Source: an uncultured Erysipelotrichaceae bacterium
Lineage (GTDB): Bacteria > Bacillota_I > Bacilli_A > RF39 > UBA660
Direction: 5' to 3'
Assembly: GCA_902789425.1 (NCBI GenBank)
Contig: CADANX010000002.1
Coordinates: forward strand, 31,066-95,065
Length of the DNA stretch: 64,000 nucleotides
Within the stretch, counting starts at the first letter, position 1; every line of letters starts with the position of its first letter. Shown piece by piece: positions 39,976 through 51,121 of this stretch. The translations under genes and the position numbers were made by a program. A model generated the notes under the pieces. It was given only the letters and a program-made list of their open reading frames with translations, was not told where the DNA came from and ran no database searches.

Positions 39976-41509
39976 AGATTTAAAAGTAGGTTTAAACGAA
40001 GATTATTTAGATGTTTTAGTAAAAAAAATAAATATAAAAAAAGAAGATATAATATCATATGAAATTATTAGAAAATCAGTTGATGCAAGAAAAAAAGATA
40101 ATATATTTTATGTATATACAATAGATATAAATACTAATAAAAAAATAAAGGAAAATAAAAATGTATTTAAAGTAAAAAAAGAAGAATATATTTATAATAT
40201 TACAGGCAAAAATTTAATGAAAAATAGACCAGTAATTGTTGGATCAGGACCTGCTGGATTATTTTTAGGTTATATGCTTTCACTATCAGGTTTTAAACCT
40301 ATAATAATTGAAAGAGGAGAAAAAGTAGAAGATAGAGTAAAAACTGTTAATGAATTTTTTAAAACTAATAAATTAAATACTAATAGTAATGTTCAGTTTG
40401 GTGAAGGTGGAGCAGGTACTTTTTCTGATGGTAAATTAAATACTTTAGTTAAAGATAAAAACTTATTTCAAAAGAAAGTATTTGATATTTTTGTAGAAAA
40501 TGGTGCACCTGCTGAAATAAAATATGTTAATAATCCTCATATTGGTACTGATAAACTACGTGATGTTGTTAAAAATATGAGAGAAAAAATGATACGTTTA
40601 GGTGCTGAATTTAGATTTAATTCAAAATTAACTGATATTATAATAAATGATAATAAAGTAGAAAAAATTATCATTAATGAAAAAGAAGAAATAATAACTG
40701 ATAATTTGTTTTTAGCAATAGGACATAGTGCCAGAGATACTTTTTATATGTTAAATGAAAAGAGTATTAAAATGATAAATAAACCTTTTGCAATAGGAAT
40801 TAGAGTTATGCATAAACAAGACTTTATTAATTATTCACAAAATAATAATTTGTTAAAAGAAAGTGCTTCATATAAATTAACATGTAATATTGGTAAAAGA
40901 GGTATATATTCATTTTGTATGTGTCCTGGTGGCTATGTTGTTAATTCATCAAGTGAAGAAGGTAAACTTACAATTAATGGAATGAGTGATTATAATAGAG
41001 ATAGTGGTGTTGCAAATAGTGCGGTAGTTGTAACTATTAATGAAGATGATTATGGTAATAATTTATTTGATGGAATTAAATATCAAAGATCATTAGAAGA
41101 AAAAACATATAAACTATGTAATGGAGTAATTCCAGTTCAAGAATATAATGATTTTAAAAATAATAAAGTAAGTATAAAACTTCCGTTTAAACCAATGATT
41201 AAAGGTAAATATGAATTATGTAATTTAAACGATTTATTTGATAAAGAAATAAAAGATAACCTAATTACTGCTTTAGAATACTTTAATACAAAAATTAAAG
41301 GATTTACTGATGAAATGATTATAGCTGCAACAGAAGCAAGAACATCATCTCCAGTTAGAATAATTAGAAATGAAAATTTTATGTCTAGTGTAAAAGGTAT
41401 TTATCCACTTGGCGAAGGTGCTGGTTATGCAGGTGGAATAACAACATCAGCAATGGACGGAATTAGAGTCTTTGACAGTATTATTAAAAACTACAAAGGT
41501 TTAATATAG
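39962..41509 (+). CDS. FAD-dependent protein (COG2509-like)
   Basis: VIVGSGPAGLF dinucleotide motif. The start is uncertain (TTG at 39962 or GTG at 39953). Confidence 0.6.
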   Translation: MIRIKDLKVGLNEDYLDVLVKKINIKKEDIISYEIIRKSVDARKKDNIFYVYTIDINTNKKIKENKNVFKVKKEEYIYNITGKNLMKNRPVIVGSGPAGLFLGYMLSLSGFKPIIIERGEKVEDRVKTVNEFFKTNKLNTNSNVQFGEGGAGTFSDGKLNTLVKDKNLFQKKVFDIFVENGAPAEIKYVNNPHIGTDKLRDVVKNMREKMIRLGAEFRFNSKLTDIIINDNKVEKIIINEKEEIITDNLFLAIGHSARDTFYMLNEKSIKMINKPFAIGIRVMHKQDFINYSQNNNLLKESASYKLTCNIGKRGIYSFCMCPGGYVVNSSSEEGKLTINGMSDYNRDSGVANSAVVVTINEDDYGNNLFDGIKYQRSLEEKTYKLCNGVIPVQEYNDFKNNKVSIKLPFKPMIKGKYELCNLNDLFDKEIKDNLITALEYFNTKIKGFTDEMIIAATEARTSSPVRIIRNENFMSSVKGIYPLGEGAGYAGGITTSAMDGIRVFDSIIKNYKGLI

Positions 41510-41556
41510 ACATTTAATAATATTTGTGATATATTTTTATAGAAAGTGAGGAAATT

Positions 41557-42003
41557 ATGGCTACAGTTAAAAAAGAAGAAAAAACAAAAAAAAGTGTGAA
41601 AAAAGAAGAAACAAAAGTAACTAAAACTGAAACTAAAAAAGAAGAAAAGAAAGAAACAAAATGTGAAACAATTTCAGGACTTAGCTTTGAAGGTGAAGTA
41701 GTACTTGTTTATATTATTACAATAGTTGGTTTTATATTTGCATTAATGAAAGATAAAAATGTAGATAAAAAACTTAGATTCCACTATAATCAAGCAGCTA
41801 CAGCATTTATTGTTTCAATATGTTTTAATGTATTAACAGTTATAGCACCACTTTTAGCTCCAGTTATTGGTTTATGTGCAATTGCTTTATTCGTATTTGT
41901 AATAATTACACTTGTTCAAACATTAAGTAACAAAGTTGATTATTATAGAATACCACTTATTAGCGATTTATCAGAAAAAATATTTGGAAAAATAGAAGAA
42001 TAA
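41557..42003 (+). CDS. DUF4870-like small membrane protein with a Lys/Glu-rich N-terminus
   Basis: KD..KKLRFHYNQA motif and 3 TM segments. Confidence 0.5.
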   Translation: MATVKKEEKTKKSVKKEETKVTKTETKKEEKKETKCETISGLSFEGEVVLVYIITIVGFIFALMKDKNVDKKLRFHYNQAATAFIVSICFNVLTVIAPLLAPVIGLCAIALFVFVIITLVQTLSNKVDYYRIPLISDLSEKIFGKIEE

Positions 42004-42019
42004 AATTCTTCTTTTTTTT
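41993..42019 (+). terminator. terminator (stop codon in the loop)
   Basis: AGAAGAAT aaa ATTCTTCT followed by a T8 run. Confidence 0.6.
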
Positions 42020-42059
42020 ATATATTGTGTTATAATACTTATGAAGAAGGGTGAAGAGT

Positions 42060-43169
42060 ATGAAAGTAATTATTGCAGCAGCCGGAACAGCTGGTCATAT
42101 TAATCCAGGAATTTCTATTGCTAGAATTATTGAAAAAAACTTTAAGAATTCTGATATTAGATTTATTGCAACTGGTAAAAAATTAGAAGAAGATTTAATT
42201 AGTAAAGCAGGTTATAAATCATATAAGATTCATGCTAATGGTTTTAGTAGTAAACCTACAATTTCTAATATTAAAAAGAATTTTGAAACTTTAAAAGGTT
42301 TTAAAGAAGCTAAAAAAATATTAAAAGAATTTAAGCCAGATCTTGTAATAGGAACAGGTGGATACATATGTGCATCAGTTATCTATGAAGCAAGAAAACT
42401 TAAAATACCAACAATGCTTCATGAAAGTAATGCATATCCTGGTCTTGCAATTAGAATGCTTAATAAAATTAATAAAGTAGATACTATTATGCTAGGAATT
42501 GATGAAGCAAGAAATTATTTAAATAATAAATGTAATATAGTTTTTACTGGAACACCAACTACTTTAGATACTACTAATTTAACAAAAACAAAAAAAGAAT
42601 CAGTATATAAAGATTTAAAACTAAAAAAAGATAAAAAAATAGTATTTATATTTGGTGGTAGTCAAGGAGCGCTTAAAATAAATAATGCAGTAGTAGACTT
42701 ACTTAAGCATAATTTAAATGAAGATTATCAAATTATTTTAGGAACTGGTAATAATAATTATGATAATGTTATAAAAAGTTTAAATGGTAAATATAAAAAT
42801 GCTGTTATAATGCCTTATATTTATAATATAAGTGATGTTATGAAAGTTTCTGATTTAATTGTTGCAAGAAGTGGTGCAATGACTTTGACTGAAATATCAT
42901 TATTAAAAAAGCCATCTATTTTTATACCTCTTCCATCATCTAAATCAAATAGACAAGAAGATAATGCTAGAGTTTTTGAAAGAAAAGGTGCATCTAAAAT
43001 AATACTTAATAATGAAATAGAATATAAAATATTAGATAAGTATATTAAAGAAATTATATCAGATGATAAATTACTTAAAAAAATGGGTAATAATGCATCA
43101 TTAATGGCTCCAAAAAACTCTGAAGATAAAATACTTAAAGAAATACTAAAATTAATTAAAAAATCGTAA
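42060..43169 (+). CDS. murG: undecaprenyldiphospho-muramoylpentapeptide beta-N-acetylglucosaminyltransferase
   Basis: N-terminal GT28 motif AAGTAGHINPG. Confidence 0.9.
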   Translation: MKVIIAAAGTAGHINPGISIARIIEKNFKNSDIRFIATGKKLEEDLISKAGYKSYKIHANGFSSKPTISNIKKNFETLKGFKEAKKILKEFKPDLVIGTGGYICASVIYEARKLKIPTMLHESNAYPGLAIRMLNKINKVDTIMLGIDEARNYLNNKCNIVFTGTPTTLDTTNLTKTKKESVYKDLKLKKDKKIVFIFGGSQGALKINNAVVDLLKHNLNEDYQIILGTGNNNYDNVIKSLNGKYKNAVIMPYIYNISDVMKVSDLIVARSGAMTLTEISLLKKPSIFIPLPSSKSNRQEDNARVFERKGASKIILNNEIEYKILDKYIKEIISDDKLLKKMGNNASLMAPKNSEDKILKEILKLIKKS

Positions 43170-43170
43170 A

Positions 43171-43200
43171 AAATATAGTAAAGAAACTATATTTTTTTTC
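43171..43200 (+). terminator. terminator after murG
   Basis: AATATAGT aaagaa ACTATATT followed by a T8 run. Confidence 0.55.
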
Positions 43201-43268
43201 TATAAAGTTGAATAATATTCTTAATTATTTTAAAATATTAATAGTAGATAAATATAGGAGAGATAACT

Positions 43269-43943
43269 ATGAAGAAAAGAAAAAGAAAGAGAAAACTTAA
43301 GAAAAAAAGATTCTTTTTAACATTTTTTATAATTGTTATTTTTTCTTGTGCTATATATTTATTTACTATTATTCCAGTTAGAAATGTGTATATATCTGGA
43401 AATACTTATTATAAAGACAAAGATATTTTAACTCTTACTGGTATTAATGAGAACTCTTCTTTTATATTTACTAATACTGTTAGTATTATGCCGAAAGTAA
43501 GAAAAGATAAACTTATAAAAAGTATTGTTATTAAGAAAAATATATTTTTAGAATTTGAAGTAATAGTAACAGAAAAAAGACAATTATACTATGATCTTAA
43601 TAGTAAAAAAATTGTTCTTGAAGATTCTTCAAAAGTAGATTTAAAAAATGATAATGTTCCAACACTTATAAATGTTGTTGAAGATAAAAAAGTATATAAG
43701 AAATTTGTAGATAAAATGAATAAAATAAGTGATGATGCACTTAGTAATATATCAGAGATTAAATATAATCCTAATGATATTGATAAAGAAAGATTTTTAT
43801 TATCTATGAATGATGGTAATTATGTATATGTTACATTAAGTAAATTTAACAAAATAAATGATTATAATAATATATCAAAAACTCTAAATGATAAAAAAGG
43901 AATACTTTATTTAGACTATGGTAATTATTTTTTAGAAAAGTAA
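43269..43943 (+). CDS. ftsQ: cell division protein FtsQ/DivIB
   Basis: Basic N-terminus, a single TM segment and a POTRA-like start (VRNVYISGN). It lies between murG and ftsA. Confidence 0.7.
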   Translation: MKKRKRKRKLKKKRFFLTFFIIVIFSCAIYLFTIIPVRNVYISGNTYYKDKDILTLTGINENSSFIFTNTVSIMPKVRKDKLIKSIVIKKNIFLEFEVIVTEKRQLYYDLNSKKIVLEDSSKVDLKNDNVPTLINVVEDKKVYKKFVDKMNKISDDALSNISEIKYNPNDIDKERFLLSMNDGNYVYVTLSKFNKINDYNNISKTLNDKKGILYLDYGNYFLEK

Positions 43944-44012
43944 TTACCAAGTCTTTTATTTTTTTAAAAATTATAGTATAATGATATATGTTAAAGTAGG
44001 AGGAAGATAGAT

Positions 44013-45257
44013 TTGAGAAAAATATATTCAAGTATAGATATTGGTTCTAGTTCTATAAAGATTGTAGTTGCTGAATATTTTGAACATAAAATAAATATAT
44101 TAGCATCAAATTTATATCCAACTACATCTGTTAAAAAAGGCGTTGTAGTAGATGAAAAATTATTTACTAGTGAAATAAAAGAAGCTTTTAGAAATATTAA
44201 TTCTTCATTAGGCCTTAGAATAAATAAGGTTATTACAAATGTTCCTATTTATGATGCTAAGTATACATTGGTAGATGGTTATACTACAATTACTAATGAA
44301 GATAATATAATTACAGGAAATGATATGGTAAATGCTCTTCAAGCATCTATTTATAATAAAATTGATAAATCTGAAGAACTTGTTACTATAGTTCCTATTA
44401 AATATGAAATAAACGATGATAGTAAACTTGTTATTAAACATCCAAGAGGTTTAAATGCAGAAAAACTTAAAGTATATGCAATGATGATCACTGTTCCAAG
44501 AAAAAATATAGTAAGTATTGTTTCTGGAATTGAAAAAAACAATATTGAAGTTGTTGATATTTTATTCGGTGCTCTTGGAGATTATAATATATTTAAAGAT
44601 AAAGAATTTGATGATGACTCTGTTGGTGTAATTAATATAGGTTGTGACAAAATAGAATTATCTACATTTAATAATGGAGTTATTACTAATTCAACAATTT
44701 TACAAGACGGAGTAAGAAATATAGATAGTGATATTTCCTATGTATATAATATAAAAATAGGTCAAGCAAGAAAAATAAGAGAGATATTTGCACTTGCTGA
44801 CAAAGAATATGCAAATAAGAATGAAATATATGAGCTTACAAATAAATCTAATATGAAGACAAAAATCAATCAATATGAAGTAAGTGAAATAGTACAAAAT
44901 AGAATTAAAGAAATGCTTGAAAATGCAAAAAAAGAGCTAAACCACTTAACAAAAAAAGAAATTCGTTATATAATTATAACAGGAGGAATAAGCAATATGC
45001 CTGGTTTTGAGGATACAGCACGTGATATTTTTAAAAATGATGCTGTAGTTAAGAAACTAGATATTATTGGAATTAGAGATAATTCTTATTCTAGTGCAAT
45101 AGGTATGATTGACTTTTTTGTAAATAAATTAAAAATTAGAGGTAAAGCTTATTCTATGTTTGATGAAGACAAAGAAGTAGAATTAATAGATACTAGAAAT
45201 AACAATTCAATTTTTGGAAGATTTTTTTCTTACCTGAGTGGTAATAAGGAGGATTAA
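44013..45257 (+). CDS. ftsA: cell division protein FtsA
   Basis: TTG start with an [25 protein letters not shown] actin-like N-terminus. Confidence 0.9.
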   Translation: MRKIYSSIDIGSSSIKIVVAEYFEHKINILASNLYPTTSVKKGVVVDEKLFTSEIKEAFRNINSSLGLRINKVITNVPIYDAKYTLVDGYTTITNEDNIITGNDMVNALQASIYNKIDKSEELVTIVPIKYEINDDSKLVIKHPRGLNAEKLKVYAMMITVPRKNIVSIVSGIEKNNIEVVDILFGALGDYNIFKDKEFDDDSVGVINIGCDKIELSTFNNGVITNSTILQDGVRNIDSDISYVYNIKIGQARKIREIFALADKEYANKNEIYELTNKSNMKTKINQYEVSEIVQNRIKEMLENAKKELNHLTKKEIRYIIITGGISNMPGFEDTARDIFKNDAVVKKLDIIGIRDNSYSSAIGMIDFFVNKLKIRGKAYSMFDEDKEVELIDTRNNNSIFGRFFSYLSGNKED

Positions 45258-45258
45258 T

Positions 45259-46323
45259 ATGAACGAGATGGATCAATTAGCAAAAATTAAAGTAATCGGT
45301 ATAGGTGGAGGCGGAAATAACGCTGTAAATCGAATGATCGAATTTGGAATAAAAGGTGTTGAATTTGTTGTAGCAAATACTGATGCACAAGTACTTAGTA
45401 GTTCAAAAGCAGAAACTAAAATACAATTAGGTAGTACTGGTCTTGGAGCTGGTGCTAATCCTGAAGTAGGTAGAGCAGCTGCTATGGAATCAAAAGATAA
45501 AATTACTGAAGTATTAAAAGGTGCTGATATGGTATTTATTACATGTGGTATGGGTGGAGGAACTGGTACTGGTGCTGCTCCTATAGTTGCTGAAATAGCT
45601 CAAAGCTTAGGTGCTTTAACAGTAGGTATAGTTACAAAACCATTTAGTTTTGAAGGTAAAAAAAGATCAGAACATGCAGAAGCTGGACTTGCTTCTTTAA
45701 GAGAACATGTTGATACTTTAATAATAATTCCAAATGATAGATTAAGAGATATTATCGATAAAACAACTCCAATGCTTGAAGCATTTAAAGAAGTAGATAA
45801 CGTTTTAAGACTTGGTGTTCAATCAATATCAGACTTAATTGCTGTAACAGGTCTTGTAAACTTAGACTTTGCTGACGTTAAAACAGTTATGGAAAATAAA
45901 GGTGATGCACTTATTGGTATAGGTGTTGCAACTGGTGATAATAGAGCAGTAGAAGCTGCTAGACAATCAGTATCATCTCCACTTCTTGAAACTGATATTA
46001 GAGGTGCAACTGATGCTATTATTAATATAACTGGTGGAAGCAACTTAAGTTTATTTGAAGTTGAGGATGCCGTACAAGTAATCAGAGAAGCAGCAGGAAC
46101 AGATATTAATACAATATTTGGTGCTGTAATTAATGAAGCATTATCTGATGAAGTAGTAGTAACAGTTATTGCAACAGGATTTGATCATATAGGTGAACCA
46201 CTATCATCTATGTCAACACAAATAATTGATATGATTGATGAAAATGATGATGATAATGATTCTGGTAATGATGATGATTTTTACGATATTCCTGGATTTT
46301 TAAAAAATAGAAGAAATTTATAA
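45259..46323 (+). CDS. ftsZ: cell division protein FtsZ
   Basis: [20 protein letters not shown] and a C-terminal DIPGFLK peptide. AAGGAGGA RBS at 45259. Confidence 0.95.
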   Translation: MNEMDQLAKIKVIGIGGGGNNAVNRMIEFGIKGVEFVVANTDAQVLSSSKAETKIQLGSTGLGAGANPEVGRAAAMESKDKITEVLKGADMVFITCGMGGGTGTGAAPIVAEIAQSLGALTVGIVTKPFSFEGKKRSEHAEAGLASLREHVDTLIIIPNDRLRDIIDKTTPMLEAFKEVDNVLRLGVQSISDLIAVTGLVNLDFADVKTVMENKGDALIGIGVATGDNRAVEAARQSVSSPLLETDIRGATDAIINITGGSNLSLFEVEDAVQVIREAAGTDINTIFGAVINEALSDEVVVTVIATGFDHIGEPLSSMSTQIIDMIDENDDDNDSGNDDDFYDIPGFLKNRRNL

Positions 46324-46350
46324 GAATAAGAGAAATCTTATTCTTTTTTA
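46322..46350 (+). terminator. terminator after ftsZ
   Basis: AAGAATAAG agaaat CTTATTCTT followed by a T run. Confidence 0.6.
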
Positions 46351-46364
46351 GGTAGGTGATATAA

Positions 46365-49300
46365 ATGAAAGTAATGAATGCAAACGAAGCTTGTGCTAGT
46401 GTATCATATTTATTTACTGAACATGCTGGCGTATATCCAATTACACCAGCTACTCCAATGAGTGAAAAAATAAAAGAATTAAGTTTAAAAAAAGAAAAAA
46501 ATATCTTTAATAAAGAAGTTGAAATAACTAATATGCAAAGTGAAACGGGGTCAATAGCACTTTGTCACGGACTTATTAATTCTGGTACATATTCTAGTAC
46601 ATATACATCTAGTCAAGGATTATTATTAATGATTCCAGAAATGTATAAAATAGCTGGTGAAATGCTTCCTATGGTAATAAATGTTGCGACAAGAACTATT
46701 TCTACTCATGCTCTTTCTATACTTGGCGATCATAGTGATATTTATGCTGCAAAAAATACTGGTTTTGCATTTTTATCATCTTCTTCAGTACAAGATACTG
46801 TTTATATGACATTAATTTCCTATTTATCTAGCTATAAAACTTTTATTCCTTTTGTTAATTTTTTTGATGGTTTTAGAACTAGTCATGAACTTAATAAAAT
46901 TAATACTATTTCTGTTAAAGATATAATGGATTTGCTTCCTGTAAAAGAAATTAAAAAGTTTAAAGATAGTAGTATATTAATTAATAAAACAATAACAGGA
47001 ACTAATCAAAATGAAGATATCTATTTTGAAAATATGGAAGCAAGAAATACAGATTATAATAATTTGGCCGATGAAGTAAATAACTATATGAATTTAGTTA
47101 ATGTAAGATTTAATACTGATATAAAACCATTTAATTTTTACGGAGATAAGAGTGCTACAAAAGTAATAGTTGCAATGGGTTCTATTTGTGAAGAAATAAA
47201 AGAACTTGTTGATTTACTTAATGAAAATGGTGAAAAAGTAGGTGTAATTACAGTTCATTTATTTAGACCATTTTCATCAAAATATCTAGTAGATGCTCTT
47301 CCTAAATCAGTTAAAAAAATAGCTGTTCTTGATAGAGCAAAAGAGATTACTGATGTTGGTGAAACACTATATTTAGATGTTTTATCAGCTTTAAATAAAG
47401 AAAATAAAAAGATAAAAGTGATTGGTGGAAGATATGGTATTTCATCTAAAAACGTTACTTTATCAGATTTAAATGCTGTGTTTAAAAATTTAGATAATGA
47501 TATGATAGATTCTTTTACTATTGGTATTGATGATGATGTAACTAAAAAAAGTTTAAGACCAGTTAAGATTAGTAGTAAAAAGAAAAATATTGAAATGATT
47601 ATTTATGGCTATGGATCAGATGGAATGGTTGGTGCATCTAAGAATTTACTTAAGATTTTAGGTGAAGAAAAAGGGGCTTTTGTACAAGGTTATAATAGAT
47701 ACGATTCAAGAAAGAGTAGTGGTACTACAATTTCTTATTTAAGAATAGGAAAAGAAGCTATTAATATGCCATATTATGTAGAAAAACCTCATTTTGTAGT
47801 TTGTAGTAATGATAATTACATGAGTAGATATAATATGCTTTATAATATAAGAAAAAATGGAGTTTTTATACTAAATACTGATAAAGATGAAAGTATTTTA
47901 TCTAATAATGAAAAAATTATTATTAGTAATAATAATATAAAAGTTTATTTTATTGATGCTAATAAAATAGCAAAAGAATACTTAGGTAATAATAAAGTAA
48001 GTAATATTATGCTTTATACTATTTTATATATTTCAAAACTGCTTTCAGAGAATGAAATAGATAAATATTTAGAAGATATTATTAAAGAAACTTATAAAGA
48101 AAAAGGTGAGGAAGTAATTGATAAAAACATTGCTTCACTAAAAGAAATAAAAGAAAATATAATTAGTATAGAAAATAATAAAAAATGGTCTAAATTAAAA
48201 GAAAAAATAAAAGAAGAAAAAACATTACTTGATAAAATTAATTCTCTTGATAAAGTAAAAGTTTCTGATTTATTAGATTATAAAAATGGTAAATTTAAGC
48301 CATTTACTTCAAATAATAATATTTCAATTAACAACAAAATATTTCCGTTTTGGAAAAGTGAAAATTGTATAGAATGTAATAAATGTGCTTTAGTATGTCC
48401 ACATGGTGCTATTGTACCTAAAATTCTTACAAAAGACGAGGCTTTAAAAAATGGTGATATTACATATATTCCTTTAATGGGAAAAGAAGAATATTATTTT
48501 GCTCTTGAAATAAACTATGATAAATGTACATCTTGTGGACTATGCGAAAATGTTTGCATGGGTAAAAGAGGAATAAAAGCCCTAGAACTTAGTGATAAAA
48601 AGAATAAAAATAATAAAATAAATGCAGTTAATAAAGAATTTTTTGATAAAGATACTATTAAAGGACTTGGATTTGTTGAACCTTTATTTAAATATCCATC
48701 AGCATGTCCTGGTTGTGGTGAAACGTCTTATTTAAAAATACTTTCACAAATATATGAAGATAGTTTAGTAATAAGTAATGCTACAGGATGTTCATCTATT
48801 TATGGTGGATCGATTGAAAATAATCCTTATAATATTTCGTTTACTAGTTCACTTTTTGAGGATAATGCTGAGTATGGTCTCGGTATTAGTAAATCTATTA
48901 ATAGAGTTAAAAAAAGTATAAAAGAAATTATGCTGAATAATATAGATAATGTTTCGTCAAAGAATAAATCATTATTTAATAAATATTTAGAAAATGAAGA
49001 TAATTTTAAAATAACAAAAGAAGTTTCTGAAGAAATAGATTATGAAGATATAAAAGAACTAAAAAAATATAAAAAATATATTGCAAATAAAACTTTATGG
49101 ATAGTTGGTGGTGATGGATGGGCATATGATATAGATTATAGCGGCATTGATCATTTATTTGCATCAAAAGAAAATGTTAATATTTTGGTTTTAGACACTG
49201 AAGTATATTCTAATACTGGTGCTCAAGAATCTAAATCAAGTAATCTTGGAACTTATTCTAAATTAATGGGCATAAAAGATAAAAATAAAAAAGATTTAGC

Positions 49301-49691
49301 AAGACTGCTTATTAATTATGAAGATGTTTATGTTGCACAAATTTCACTTGGTGCAAATATAAATCAAACTATAAAAGCATTAAAAGAGGCCGCATCATTT
49401 AATGGTCCATCTATTGTAATAGCTTATAGTCCATGTATTAACCATGGTATAAAAACTAATACAATAGAAGAAGAAAAATTAGTTGTTCAATCTGGATATT
49501 TCCCTTTATTTAGATATATAAATGGTAAAATGAATATTGATTATAAAGAACCTAATTTTGACTTATATAAAGAACTAGTAAAAAATGAAAAAAGATATAG
49601 ATATATAACTGATGAAAATATAGAAAAAAATATTGAATATAATATTAAGAAATTTGAATATTATAAAAGTTTAGAAAAAACCAATAAATAA
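46365..49691 (+). CDS. nifJ: pyruvate:ferredoxin (flavodoxin) oxidoreductase
   Basis: 1108 aa, 2x[4Fe-4S] ferredoxin domain CIECNKCALVCPHGAI / CTSCGLCENVC, and a TPP domain GGDGWAYDIDYSG. Confidence 0.9.
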   Translation: MKVMNANEACASVSYLFTEHAGVYPITPATPMSEKIKELSLKKEKNIFNKEVEITNMQSETGSIALCHGLINSGTYSSTYTSSQGLLLMIPEMYKIAGEMLPMVINVATRTISTHALSILGDHSDIYAAKNTGFAFLSSSSVQDTVYMTLISYLSSYKTFIPFVNFFDGFRTSHELNKINTISVKDIMDLLPVKEIKKFKDSSILINKTITGTNQNEDIYFENMEARNTDYNNLADEVNNYMNLVNVRFNTDIKPFNFYGDKSATKVIVAMGSICEEIKELVDLLNENGEKVGVITVHLFRPFSSKYLVDALPKSVKKIAVLDRAKEITDVGETLYLDVLSALNKENKKIKVIGGRYGISSKNVTLSDLNAVFKNLDNDMIDSFTIGIDDDVTKKSLRPVKISSKKKNIEMIIYGYGSDGMVGASKNLLKILGEEKGAFVQGYNRYDSRKSSGTTISYLRIGKEAINMPYYVEKPHFVVCSNDNYMSRYNMLYNIRKNGVFILNTDKDESILSNNEKIIISNNNIKVYFIDANKIAKEYLGNNKVSNIMLYTILYISKLLSENEIDKYLEDIIKETYKEKGEEVIDKNIASLKEIKENIISIENNKKWSKLKEKIKEEKTLLDKINSLDKVKVSDLLDYKNGKFKPFTSNNNISINNKIFPFWKSENCIECNKCALVCPHGAIVPKILTKDEALKNGDITYIPLMGKEEYYFALEINYDKCTSCGLCENVCMGKRGIKALELSDKKNKNNKINAVNKEFFDKDTIKGLGFVEPLFKYPSACPGCGETSYLKILSQIYEDSLVISNATGCSSIYGGSIENNPYNISFTSSLFEDNAEYGLGISKSINRVKKSIKEIMLNNIDNVSSKNKSLFNKYLENEDNFKITKEVSEEIDYEDIKELKKYKKYIANKTLWIVGGDGWAYDIDYSGIDHLFASKENVNILVLDTEVYSNTGAQESKSSNLGTYSKLMGIKDKNKKDLARLLINYEDVYVAQISLGANINQTIKALKEAASFNGPSIVIAYSPCINHGIKTNTIEEEKLVVQSGYFPLFRYINGKMNIDYKEPNFDLYKELVKNEKRYRYITDENIEKNIEYNIKKFEYYKSLEKTNK

Positions 49692-49705
49692 ATTGGTTTT
49701 TTTTA
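49677..49705 (+). terminator. terminator after PFOR (stop codon in the loop)
   Basis: AACCAAT aaataa ATTGGTT followed by a T8 run. Confidence 0.55.
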
Positions 49706-49769
49706 TTAAAAGTTCTAGATTTATTAAAAAAACTATGATATTCTTTTTTTAGAAGGAGTAGATAATAAA

Positions 49770-50855
49770 ATGGCAAAGAATAGTAATACAAACAAAACAG
49801 TAACAAAAAAATCTAGTGGAGGATTTCTAATTGGACTTGTACTTATAATTGTTGGTTCAGTTATGCTTGTTAATAACGAAAAAGATGCAGTAAATAATAT
49901 TAAATCAGTTGATGAAATAAAAAAGAATGTTATTGACATAAAAAAAGATAAAGTTAACAAAAAATATGATGGTAAATTAGTAGCAATTAAGGGCGAACTT
50001 ACAGTAGATGATGAATTAATTATTGATAAAATTTACAATGTAAAAGTTAAAACAGCTAAATTAAATAGAATAGTTGAAATGTATCAATACAAAGAAAATG
50101 AAGGCGAAGATGAAAAAGAAAATAAAAGCTATACATATGAAAAAGTATGGTCTGAAAAATTAATTAATTCAGATGATTTTGGTGAAGCAGGTCATATTAA
50201 TCCAAGTTCGAAAAATCATGATAGTGAAGAAATTCATGCTAAAAGTGTAAGAGTAGGTGCTTATAAATTATCAGATGAACAAATTGAAAAATTAAGTTCA
50301 AAAGCAGAATATAAATTTGATGAAAATACTAATTATCGTCATGGGTATAAAGTTATTGATAATTATTTAACTAATGCTCATGATTTTGAAAATCCATCTA
50401 TTGGTAATTTAAGAGTTAAATACACTTATAATGATACAAAAAAAGTAAGTATTTTAGCAAAACTTGATGGTGATACTTTTGACGATTATATTAGTAAAAG
50501 CGGTAAAACTATTAATAAAATTTACGAAGGTAATTTAAATAGTGTTCAAATGATTGAAAGAATTGATAAAAGCAATAAAACTGCTAAATGGTTTAAGAGA
50601 TTTTTATCATCATTTATTATTATATTTGGTTATGGGCTTTTAGTAAGTATGTTAACATCTTTAATTGATTATATACCTGCAATTGGAAAGATTATTAATG
50701 GTGCAATAAGTTTAGTTATGAGTCTAATTGGTGTTATTCATTCGCTTATAGTTATTATAATAGCTTGGTTTGTTTATAGACCATTAATATGCCTGATTTT
50801 AGTACTTATAATTGGCTTTATATTGTGTTATATTAAAAAGAAAAAAATGAAATAA
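49770..50855 (+). CDS. hypothetical membrane protein with TMEM43/DUF1625-like topology
   Basis: N-terminal TM segment, an extracytoplasmic domain of about 230 aa, then 3-4 C-terminal TM segments. Confidence 0.4.
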   Translation: MAKNSNTNKTVTKKSSGGFLIGLVLIIVGSVMLVNNEKDAVNNIKSVDEIKKNVIDIKKDKVNKKYDGKLVAIKGELTVDDELIIDKIYNVKVKTAKLNRIVEMYQYKENEGEDEKENKSYTYEKVWSEKLINSDDFGEAGHINPSSKNHDSEEIHAKSVRVGAYKLSDEQIEKLSSKAEYKFDENTNYRHGYKVIDNYLTNAHDFENPSIGNLRVKYTYNDTKKVSILAKLDGDTFDDYISKSGKTINKIYEGNLNSVQMIERIDKSNKTAKWFKRFLSSFIIIFGYGLLVSMLTSLIDYIPAIGKIINGAISLVMSLIGVIHSLIVIIIAWFVYRPLICLILVLIIGFILCYIKKKKMK

Positions 50856-50882
50856 ATTTTTCTTTTTTTTATTAAAAAATGA

Positions 50883-51101
50883 TATGATGAAGATGGTAAT
50901 TTAACTGGAAATATAAGAACAACTTACGTGGATACTGATTTTACATCTGGTAATAATATTCTTGCATCATCTGAAGCTGATATGATTGTTAATTATCAAA
51001 CAGGTAATATGATTATAAGATATAGTTTTATCACAATAATAATTAGCTTAATATTATTTATTATGTTCTTGATAAAGAAAAAAAGTAAGAAATTAATTTA
51101 A
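50883..51101 (+). pseudogene. gene remnant encoding only a C-terminal TM/basic tail (or a 39-aa micro-ORF from the ATG at 50982)
   Basis: A 72-codon open frame begins right after a TGA with no start codon or RBS until an internal ATG. It ends in a hydrophobic helix plus KKKSKKLI and has its own terminator. Confidence 0.3.
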
Positions 51102-51121
51102 AAAGTTTCTTACTTTTTTTA
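51084..51121 (+). terminator. terminator
   Basis: AGTAAGAAA ttaatttaaaaag TTTCTTACT followed by a T7 run. Confidence 0.55.
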
